NCBI RefSeq assembly: GCF_037042905.1
Contig: NC_087263.1
Coordinates: forward strand, 15,068,001 to 15,132,000
Direction of reading: 5' to 3'
Source: Lytechinus pictus
Lineage: Eukaryota
DNA length: 64,000 bases
The position numbers and the translations under genes were made by a program. The notes under the pieces are model-generated. The model did not search any database. It had not been told where the DNA came from and saw nothing but the letters and a program-made list of their open reading frames with translations. Of the stretch, positions 52,900 to 64,000 are shown one piece after another. Within the stretch, counting starts at the first letter, position 1. Every line of letters starts with the position of its first letter.

Positions 52900-55800
52900 G
52901 AGCACCAGTGTTCTGAGTGGAACTTTTCAGGTGTCTAAACCTACTATCATTTGTTGTTGACCGGGAATTACATGCCACCGCACGTCATCAATCATCACGA
53001 TAATTAAATTCATACTTTGATTTGATTATTTAAACTATTTCTTTTTTTCTCTCTTCTACACACAGATCTGCACAATTGCTAACTCTGGTGACTTCTGGTC
53101 TCTGCTTGCTACCTCAATCTGGGAGATTCCATCATGTCCTTTTACTATGATTTGGATATAGCCATTTTTTTCTTCACTCTTTCCAGGACCTACGGTTTGC
53201 AAGTTGTGGAATGATAATGATACAAAAGAAAAAATTTCTTTATCAATCTTGGAAACAATTTTGAGCACAGTTTTGGAGAGAACTAAGAAATTTTACTCGG
53301 ACAGGAATACAGCTTGTCAAAAATAATAACACACAATTTAAAACGAAAGAACAATTTTAATGTTACTAGGGCATTTTGCGAGAAATGTTATACTCAATCA
53401 CACGTCCCAAATCAAGGGAAAGTCCTTTGATTAAACATGTAGTTGAATTGCGATTGCAACTCGACCTTATTACGCTTAAATTTGAATTTAAGACTTACGC
53501 TTGATTTGCAATTGAACATAAGTTTCTTGCAGTGCCCCATAATTATGTTTTGTTATCAGATATTTAACGTGCTGATTTTTCTCGAAAGGTATAATATATT
53601 TGTCCTTTTAAACGGTATTTGAATATGGGTACGCCTTTTATTTGTTTTCCACAATATTTATTGCATGTATGAACAGAAGTGAAATATTTATTGTGAAGCA
53701 CTGTGAATGTTGTGTGATGGTTCATCATCAGACTGAAAGCCTGGTGGATGTGAGGAAGTGGCCTGGATGAAAGAAAAGTGAACATGTGTCCAATTACTGA
53801 TTTGCATATTCTAAGACAATTTTGTTTCTGGATAAATTTTGCTATGCATTCCCTACATTAAGAGTAAAGGAGAAGTCCACGCAATCAAAAATTCATTTGA
53901 ATTTAAAGAAAAATAACAAGATATTGCAGGAAATTTCATAAAAACTTTGATTCAAATTTATATAATTACTATTTTAACAGTTCCGTAAATATAACCTATT
54001 GTGATCAGATGAAGAGTTTCCTATCGTCAAATCTGCAAAGAATAAAAAACAAAATGCCACAAAAAATAGAAACGAATGTGATGTGAGTGACAACTCTAAT
54101 TTGCATATCATTGTTTTGTGTATATGACTGTTTTGAGTAAAAACAACAAGGGAAATCACTCTATTCAAATAATTTTTAGTTGATGTGGACTTGACTTTTA
54201 ACTCTACCCCTCCCATCCCAAATAAGAGTAGAAATAATCTAATCAAGAACTTGAAAATCAAAAGCAGCAATTAAGAAGCAAGATTTGATAAATACAGGTC
54301 TGAATAGAATTTCACAAGAAAATAAAAAGAGAAAAAAAAGATGGGTAGGGACGGGGAAGGAATAAAAAAAAAATACCCAGAAAAAAAAAATCCCGAGTTT
54401 CGAACCAGGGTCCTCGCACATGACAAAACAATGGCCAACGCATTTGGCCACAGGCCATCGCCCTAACAGTAAGGCATTTTTAAGATATATGAAAGAAAGT
54501 CCGCTCGCCGCTGTTTCCTAATAATGCTTCGGCAATTCAACTGCAATTTCAGTCATTTCGCGATGGATATTGCCGTGTTTTTTTTGTGATTCCTGACTTT
54601 GCTACTTAATGAAATTTCATAATTTTTGTTCAGTCATAAAGAAGAATGTCTATGCTTTATATTGACTATAACATTAATGTGACGCAAGTGTGATTTCTAC
54701 GTGAAAATATGCTTTGTTTATTCACCTATATTTCTTGAAAAAAAAAAAAAATTATAAGCTAAATATCGGTCACCAAAATACGTTAAATGTGCACTTTTTT
54801 TCACTGTTCAGTAAATTCAAACTTTTATCTATATAACAAGACCAATCTTAAGAGGAATAAACAATTCTAAGAGCAAAAAACGCTGATTGGAAAGATCGTC
54901 TCCAATGGGCTGCTGTCAGCTCAGCTGCTCACTGCTCATTGTGTGACGTCACTCAGCTGGAGCTCGCAAGAGGACCGGTGGAAGGCAGAAATATGGCATG
55001 AAAATAAATCATTTTTGAGAGCTGATTTCTGCAATCTCTGATCACTATTTTGAAAAGTGAAGTTATATATCTGATTAGTAATACTTCCCCTTTACAATGA
55101 TGACCACATAAAGTAATTATAAAATACTTTTGATTCTTTGGATGTATACTTTAAATCCCATCTGAACATGCCCCTAATAAAAGAGCTTTTAAACCACAGG
55201 ATTATTTCTGTTGACAAACACTTCATACAATGGGGCCAGTCAATGGAGAAAATCAATACCACAAACAGTTGACACAGTTAGGTCAATGCAGTGTTCACAT
55301 TTCATTTTAACTTCAATCCTGTATTGTTGATAGCTACATAGGACAATGCAATGTTCACGTTGAATTTTATTCCCCAATCCTGTAATACAACAAACACTGG
55401 ACAGTTACATGTAGGTGGATGCAGTGTTCACATTTCATTTTAACCCCAATCCTGTATTGTAAGCTAGAGATGCCGAAGCAATGTTAACGTTGGATTTTAA
55501 TCCCCATTCTGTAATACAACAAACACTGGACACAGTCACATGTAGGTGGATACAGTGCTCACATTTCATTTTAAACCCACTCTTGTAATACCACAAACAC
55601 CTAAACACATTTACTTGAAACCCATAATCCTGAAATACCATAACACTTCAAACAGTCAAATGAATGCTGTATTCACATTGCATTTCAATCCTGATTTCTT
55701 GTTTACTATCCATGCACTGTTAATGTATATCGATGAATATTTTAAGACTTTCCTTCCTTCAATCACCTGAAGTCTAATAATTCATATTATGAGATCATTA

Positions 55801-56033
55801 AAAAATTTTGATTTTCATGGGCCAATTTACCCAACTTATCAGTTTGTGTTGAAGAAACAGAGAAAATAAAACATGTATAACACATGCATATTTATCCCCC
55901 CCCCTCAAAAAAAAATTGACACTATTCTTGTCAAAATGTAAGGTCCTACTGGAACATTCATGCATAGTCACTACATGCCATCCCCCCCCCCCCACAAAAA
56001 AATCATATCTTTCTTCTCATCCCAGTCACTTAA

Positions 56034-56510
56034 AGGGGAAGTTCACCCTGAAGAAAAGTCTATTGGACAAATAGCAGAACACATAACAAATATTGGTGAA
56101 GGTTTGAGGAAATTTCATTAAAGATTAAGAAAGTTATTGGAATTTTACATTCCGGATTTGTGACACCACATACGAGCAGCAGCCCCATATGTTATGTACT
56201 ATAAAATGCATAAATTTCAATTTTTAACGGTTCATTATGACCTATTTTTGTTTTCGTTTTAAAAACAGGTGTGAAATTATTTGTCTATTGATATACTGAA
56301 GCTACTGTACAGTAAAGACCACTTTCAATTTTCTGAGAAAATGACATCAAAGTTTCATTGAATTTTAACAATACATATGTAGTAAAGCTACGTCCCAAAT
56401 TAAATAATCAAATTCTAATTACTTTTTTTTTCTTTGGATTTTTCCCAAAAACTTCAGCAATAATTTATACTATTTTACAATATAACTATTTGTCAGGGTG
56501 AACTTCCCCG
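56034..56510. mobile_element. TTAA-flanked MITE (Kolobok-like), family 2
   Basis: Same TIRs and internal sequence as 50455-50948, more diverged. Confidence 0.8.
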
Positions 56511-58315
56511 TTAAACCATTAAACTTTAATGACCTACCACTACCACCATCCCAACTCTGATATAATAGTACAGAGACCTGAGGAAACACCTACTCACTGT
56601 GACTCACCCAAAATTATTATCCCAATGTGAAAAGAATTCAAACAATACTGCAAACAATAAAAAAAAAAACACCCCCAAACCCCACTCCATCAGACACCCC
56701 AGACCGTCTATTGCTATGTCTGGCAATTGCCGTTATAATTCATGGTTTTATTGTACTACAATGGAGGTTGATTGGGACTACAAATTTGCCGAATTTCACA
56801 CCAATGTGAGCCCTTTCAACCCGATCGCCATGGTGACGGGAGTATTGTCCGCGGGTTCGTGAATGGGAATGAAGAATAAAGGTGGTGTGTGGATTATTAG
56901 TGATGTCTGGGTGATCATCTTGAGAGTTTTCACACGAGAGGATATTTCAAAATCATAATTATTATTTTGGTCATAACAATTCATTTTTACTCAAATGTCA
57001 TAGTACATGTATAAAAATGTGTAAAAAGGGTTACATGTATTCTAACCAAAAATGTTACGATTCAAAAGTCAGGTGAAACGTTTTCCTGAAAATATTCTTT
57101 AATGAATCGCCACTCACTTTTCAGTTTTAGTCTCTATATGACAATGATGAAAAAAAATCTAAGCTCGTTTGTAATAACAAATTAATTTGAGCAAATAAAT
57201 AAAAAAATTGTTTATGTTATTAACATGATGTTTTTGCAAGTTTTATTGTCTTCATGACTTTATTGTACAGATTATGCAGTTTTTAAATTATCGTTCACAA
57301 GGAATTCAACATAGTTGTTTAATATTGTACATGTTGATTTACTTTTTTATAGGACAAAAATAAGTAAATATTGAAACAATTTTTTAAAATCCCTTCTCCT
57401 CTTTGTAAACATCCCAAAATTAACAAATAAAAATCAACATCAGGGATTATGATTTGCTCTCTCCTGTGAAAGCACTCTCATAAGCAGCACTAGTGATGTT
57501 TGAAGTTTGAATTAAGATTGAGAACTGTTCATCGGTAAAGGGCAAGCGTTTTAATTGTCGGAGGCGATGCCCAAGCATGTGTAAAAGTCAAGGCGGGTCT
57601 GGAATTTACTTTGCATTATTCATTATTCTTATTGTAAGTGACAGGTCTATTTGAAGAAAATTTTTCATCACTGCTCATATTCACCATGAACGGCAGCTAG
57701 TCATATTTGACAGGAATTCAATTTCTTGAAGAAAAAGACATCATGATTTCATAGTTCATTCACCTTTGTTAATATCCATGTACAAATACATTATATGCAA
57801 TTTTTCTTATTCTGTGAAAGAAAAATATTCAAATATTATGAATATTCAGAACTCACTGAACAATACATGAAAATAAGTGGGATGGAGATTTGTAACCTGG
57901 CCCTTGTTGTATACATGTATGTAGAAAGAAAAAAAAATATTGAATGAAAATAGATCATCTAATTCACCAACAACCTTTAGAAAAATTGAATGAAATGAGA
58001 TTTTAAAAATTATCTTTAAATTCATTCCATTATGTAGAATGATTCAGGTTGATGACCTTGGCATTGCAAAAAGAGAAAAAAAGGGGCTATTGATTTTCTT
58101 GATTTTTGCCCACTTCGGCAAGGACCTCTGAAGAGCAATCCATCAAACTATTGCTAAGAGCCTATTGCAATCAATCTATCAAGTACCTATATTACATTGG
58201 CACACACTTGAGAATAATCATTATATCATGACTGCTAGGATGATATTGATGATGAAGGGATCAGTCACAATGAGGTTGAAAAAAAAAAAAATATCAGACC
58301 TTCTTTACTCCTCCT

Positions 58316-58750
58316 GGGGGTGTTTAACGAAGATTTAAGTATGACTTATGGGGTGTTGCAAGAAACTTGCGATCAATTGCAAGTCTATTTTTGGTCCCTA
58401 AATCAATGACATGTCTTGTAGTTAATTGCAAATTAGTAATTGATTGCTAATCTGTGCCTTGAAACAAGAAGTTTCATCTGATTTGCTGCAGCTAACGTTG
58501 ATCTATCAGTTGTAAAATTGCAACAGAATATTCGCAATTGATCGCAAATATTTTCTTGTAACACCCCCATAGAGTTGCACTTAAATGTCTAGTTGCATGC
58601 TGTATAAAAGGCATGTCTGCATTGGTCAGATCATGCCAAGAGGACGCGTATTACCGCATACTGATCAATAAGAGCGCGTGTTGCATTTCATGTAAGCATT
58701 GGCATTTAAGTGCGATCCTAGTTATACATAAATCTTTGTGAAACACCCCC
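58316..58750. mobile_element. GGGGTGTTTCACAAAGATTT-family MITE with a second MITE nested at 58350-58567
   Basis: The outer element matches the uninterrupted copy at 40379-40556. The inner element has GGGGTGTTGCAAGAAA / TTTCTTGTAACACCCC ends. Confidence 0.75.
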
Positions 58751-59689
58751 CTGGTCTTCATTCAATTGACAGTTATACACTTATTTGTGAAAAAAAATCC
58801 TATTCTTTAATTGTTTCATCCAATTTTCAAGCCCAAAATCAAATTTTCCTTTAAATTTGTGAAAAAAATTGCCCAAAATTATCATTCTTACAAGTTAAAA
58901 AAATCCCATTTCTCAGGGACCAATCCTATAGACTGTCACTCTCCCCCTTAAGAATCCTACTAAATAAATTAAAATCATACTAATTGGCATCTGTTTGTTA
59001 ATATATCTATAATGGGCATGGCATGCCAGCCAGTTGTGGGTTCTTTATTTAACTCTTAATGTGCCATTCACTGTAATCAGCAAGTGCCATTTTTTTTCAG
59101 AGAGTCTATATTTAATGGTTTATTTATAAAGAAAAAGGGAATCACTCTGAGACAATAATGTTAAAACTCTTGACCATAAGCTTAACTGAACAATGGAATC
59201 ACTCATGCATGCAATGCACTCCTCAAAATGGAATAGGCATAACAATAGCTGTATGACCGTTGCACGAAAATGTGTTTGTGGCACTCCAGTGGATGCACAG
59301 ATATGTGTTCATGGCACGTTGAGTGTTAAAAGCATTACACTGCACTAAAATGTGCATATTTCTGCTGGAGATCTTGCATCTATTTTTTTTGGGGGGAGGG
59401 GGGGGGGGGCTTTTCTTAATATAGATATAGGATTTAACAATTTTTTTTTTTATTCAAATGTAGCAGATCTTATGACTTCACTATTTAGGTTGACAACTCA
59501 ACTTGATTTCAACAGTGACTACAATAATGGAGAATGCAGAAAAGCCCTTATACCGGGATCCTACTATAAGACGTGGTGGTACACAATGTGTGAACCTACA
59601 TACACTATGCAGTTATTTCATATCTCCACAAGATGTATGATACTCTTCAATAAACTCATTATCAATTGAACTCCAGTCGTTCTCCTCTT

Positions 59690-60032
59690 CCTTCGCCCCT
59701 CTTTACCCTCCTTTGTCTTCTCCTCTTCCCAGTCCCTTTTCTCCTTCTCCCCTCCCACCTCCTCCTCCACCTTCTCTCCCTCTTCCTCCTTCTTCTCCTC
59801 TTCCTCCTCCTTCTCCTCCTCCTCACCCTCTCCTCCTTTTTTTTCTTCTTCTTCTTCTTCTTCTTCTTCTTCTCCTTCTTCTTCTTCTCTTCTCCTCCTG
59901 CTGCTTTTTCAACTTCTTCTTCTTCTCCTTGTCCTCCTTTTCCTTGACATTCTTTTTCTTCCCCCAATCCTTCAGATCCTCCCCTCGTCCTCCTATTCCT
60001 CCATCACCTCTCCCCCCCCCTCCTTCTTCTTC
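59690..60032. repeat. (CCT/CTT)n microsatellite
   Basis: Directly visible. Confidence 0.95.
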
Positions 60033-61859
60033 CTTGGAGATCAAAATATGATGGAGTCCATATGGTCTTGTTTACATGCACCTCAAGTTTATCGGCAGTG
60101 AAGGACTCTACCCTTTGATGAGGCAATGACAGTCGTGGCACATCATATCGCCTGCGTAAGCGCCAGAAGGGCACTGCATCTACAATGTCAAGGTATGGGC
60201 TAAAGCCATTTTGGCGCTAAAGGAGAGGTGTCTGAGTTATGGCTTGTTTTGAGCTCCCTGTCTATGACTAAGAGAGACAAAGATTGACGAGGGTCTGGGG
60301 GATCTAAAACGATGATGAGAAGTTATCGCAGGAAAGAATCGCCCGTGGCTTTGGACACTGATTTCAAAGTTTGGTCGAAAATTGAAACAATGACAAAGAA
60401 AAAATGGCCATCTCTGATCTCTCACATGAGTAATAGTTTTTAATGATAGAATGCATAATGCATACACAGAATTGGAAAACAAGCTCATTACAAGATAATA
60501 AAAAGGTATGGTGTAGGTGTATCATGCAGGATATGAATCAGTAGAAAATATGACTTTAAGAGAGGAGAATAATCAGAATTGGAAAGAGAAAGTCCTGAAC
60601 AAACACAAACAGAAGGAAGATGAGACAGAGAGAGAAATAGAGGGAGGAGGAATGGCCCAAGAAAGCAGGGGTGCTGGACCATCCCCACCATTTTCTTTGG
60701 GGGTGTTGCGTGTACATGTATTATTCTCCATAGGCAGCACCCCATATAATTCTGGTAGGTGTTAAAAAATGGAGAAATGTATAAAGCAAAATGACCTATA
60801 TTTTGTAGTGAAACTTTTTTGGGGGTTGGCTTGTCAAATTTCTCTTGACTATTAAAAATAACCATCATTTTGTAGTGAAAACCTTTTTTTTTTTTTTTTT
60901 TTGCTTGTCAAATTTACATCGGCACCCCCAGTTAAAAAATCGCTCCCAGGGCGGAGGGAGGAGGTAGAGGATTAGAAGGGAGAGGGGAATGGGGAGATAA
61001 TATACAGTGTACATGGTCCGGGAGATGGAGAAAACTTAATTGGAGCGCAAAAGTGAGACAGACATACAGATGGAAAGAGAGACAGACAAATGCACAACAG
61101 GACAGACAGACTGACGGATGGAGAGACAGACGGACGGACGAAGGAGGGGGGAGATAACGACAGAAATTGAGTTATTAGAAGGGTGTGTCATTGGTAATAT
61201 AACAAGTTTGAAATTGCTTTCACATTGGCAAAATACCATTATATTTACTTTTGATGTTTTTGTGACCAGACGAGTGTGAAAGCACAGAGAGGGAGAGCAA
61301 GAAAGAGAGAAAAAGGGAGAGAGAGGGCACACAGATAAAATATCCAGTTTGAAATGAAGTCGTCAACGCTCCAATCCTTAAATCTGTTGTTTATTTCTCG
61401 AAATTGAAATATAAATCCTCTATTTTAGAGTCTGTGATGACAAGGATTTACTGTGGTGCAAATTGACACATGTGACCTACAACGAATGTAATACAAATCG
61501 AGTTGTAATCTAATGCAGTACATGTATATGGAAAGAACTACTGTACAATGTATGGAGCCAGCGATGTCGTATTGGTTGTGACATAGAATATATTTACTCG
61601 ATTTTCTTGAACAATAAACAAGTTCAATAATTTTTTTTTCTGGGGTTCTCTTGTGGTTGCTTTTTTTTTTAGCTTACCAGTCTAAATTTGCTTAATATGT
61701 CTCTGATTAAATGTGGCGGGAAATTTCCTGAAAAGCATCATTCTTTGGGGTGACCAGTTTCCCCTATGCCAAGTTTAACAAAAGGCAGTTATGACTTGCA
61801 AATTACTCTTTTTACATCATTATCATCAAGTAAATCCCTTCAGTATCCTCCTCCTACTC

Positions 61860-62320
61860 ACCATCCACCTTTTCATCAAAATCCTCCTGCTCCTACTCAT
61901 CACCATCACAACCATTATCACCAACACTATCATCACCATCATTGTCATCATCATTATCATCATCACCACCATCATCATTGTCATCATCATTATTGTCATC
62001 ATCATCATTGTCATCATCATCATCACCATCATCATCATTGTCATCATCATCATCACCATCATCATCATCATCGTCATCATCATCATTAAAATTATCATGA
62101 TTGTCATCATCATCATCATCGTCATTAAGCTCATCCTTTCATCATTCTCCTCCTATTCATCACGCACACGATCAACATCATCATCATCATTCCTCTTCCT
62201 CCTCATCATCACCATCATCCTCCCCCTCATCCTCATCATCGTCATCATCATCAAGCTCATCCTCCTATTCATCATTATCACCATCATCCTCGTCATTATT
62301 ATCAACACATCGCAATCATG
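61860..62320. repeat. (CAT)n degenerate microsatellite
   Basis: Directly visible. Confidence 0.95.
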
Positions 62321-63204
62321 GGCACATTCAATATCATTCCAAAATCATAATCATATAAGTTTCGGATGACCTTTATACTTTGCATCAAATTTCATGGAGG
62401 GGATTATTGACTCAAATCACCTCAGTTAATCCACTAACGCCCCCAAATGGGGGGTGGATTATGCCCCTCGTCTCAGATTACATGACTTTCGCTATCAGAG
62501 TCCATGACGGTTTGCACTGCACTTGAACGCAATGGTCAATCGCATGATATGCGATCCTCGGTGCATAAAAGCAGATACCCCAAGAGATATCACGACGTGA
62601 AAACGCTTGAGTGGGACTGCGATGATTGACAGGCAGGGGCCTCTTATGCACTATGCATTAGAAGCAGAGCAGTATACATGATAACCATGGGGAAAAGGAT
62701 GTGATGACGTATGATAACAATATAACAACTTTTTATAAAAATCCCAACTATGGTTCAAGAAGAGTTTAGTTCATTTTAAAAGCCATTGATTAATGAAGGA
62801 GAAAGGGGAGTCGAATTTGCAGTAGCAAATTATTTTTAAATTAGATAAAAAATCAAAAGAATATAACTGAACATAAAAAGTAAAAGAAACAGAAAAAAAA
62901 ACATTCAAAGTCAGAAAAACATTTTCTGTACATTTTGCTTTAAATGCATTAGGGAAATTTTGGAAAATAAATGATAATATAGAAAGTCATGTTCCTTTTA
63001 CATGTATTGGGATAAAAAAATCACATTTAAAAAGCATTGGTTATATATATTTACCCAAAAAAAGGGGAAAAAGACCCCACTAATTTCATATCTCCAAAAG
63101 ACTGGTGTCCTTACTAATCCATGCAGTGTAATGCACTTGTAATGGTACTATATTGGACATTTTTTAGCATATAAAGGCATGTAATATTTCACATAAAAAT
63201 TATT

Positions 63205-63248
<44 letters not shown>

Positions 63249-64000
63249 TATTACCCTTCCTCTTTCTCACTTCCATTCCACCTACATCTCTCTCTCTCTC
63301 TCTCACTCTTACTATGTCTCTCTCCCTCCATCTCCATCTACCTACATGTATCTCCATCCCTCTGACCCTCTCGAGGCCACGTGCCGAGTTTACTCTCCTC
63401 GTGAAACTTGACCTCCTGAATGAATTTGTGACTGGATGGGAGCCTGTTTGCCAAGAGCAAGCAAGTCGCGACACAAATTTCCACAATCGCCACTTACTCT
63501 GCGCCAAAAGACGCTGGCTCCCTGCTCATCATTTATAAACACAAGGCAGGTTTAATGATACAAACATGTACGGAAGTGGTACACGTATCTGTAGCAGTGT
63601 AAACGCATGAATATTAGGTTAAAAGCTGACTTGAAGACAGAGATTACATTAAAAAATTAAATTTTCTGATTGCAGTATAGCTAGCTTACTGTAGAACATA
63701 AAGGCCATGGATTTTAGGTTAAAAGCTGACTTGAAGTTAAAAACAAAAGTTACATCAAACGATGAATACTTTCCAAATATATAGAATCCGTTTCAATGTG
63801 TTTTATATCACCTTATTTACAGCCTGAACAATATACAGAGAATATTGGTTTTGATTAAATTTTCTGTCAGCATTATCTATCTTTTTAAAACTTGTACACT
63901 GTAAAAACTCCAGTGTTAATTTAACACCATCCTGGAGTCTATGTATGTCCACACCACAGAGAAGTGTTAAACAGCACCAGATTGTTTTTTTTGTCTAACT

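Larger units (their letters stand above)
51307..55150. mobile_element. Large TTAA-flanked Kolobok-like element with nested insertions
   Basis: TTAA on both sides. Imperfect TIRs AGTATACAcaCAAAGAA / TTCTTTGgaTGTATACT (15/17). Inverted subterminal TGACGTCACACAAT (51517) / ATTGTGTGACGTCA (54938), each ~200 bp from an end. Confidence 0.6.

Noticed and set aside
54385..54465. tRNA-like sequence on the minus strand (GGTTCGAAAC B box)
   Set aside because: The cloverleaf is incomplete, so it is more likely a decayed tRNA-derived repeat than a gene.
59662..62369. Poly-Arg/Leu/His/Ile/Met ORFs
   Set aside because: Translations of CTT/CCT and CAT microsatellites.

Overview
AT-rich, repeat-dense animal genomic DNA. 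The repeat repertoire looks like that of a sea urchin or similar echinoderm, which is an inference. The window holds the 5' part of a Neuron navigator (NAV/unc-53/sickie) gene on the minus strand. Four exons build the calponin-homology (CH) domain (43889-44006, 40155-40207, 22434-22506, 21694-21857). Three further exons encode a long low-complexity Ser/Pro/Gly/Lys region with several SxIP/SxLP motifs (18775-19906, 12361-12537, 9073-11404). All of these join in frame, and the gene continues beyond the window start. There are also two frame-preserving microexon candidates and a candidate short first exon that lies inside a large TTAA-flanked (Kolobok-like) transposon. The 17.6-kb intron splitting the CH domain contains a ~6-kb PAT-type DIRS tyrosine-recombinase retrotransposon (33431-39425). 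Its split direct repeats are 100% identical, its ORFs are decayed, and its gag appears to carry a spliceosomal intron. The rest is tRNA-SINEs, many MITE families (several nested), a Helentron/HINE-like satellite-carrying element and microsatellites.
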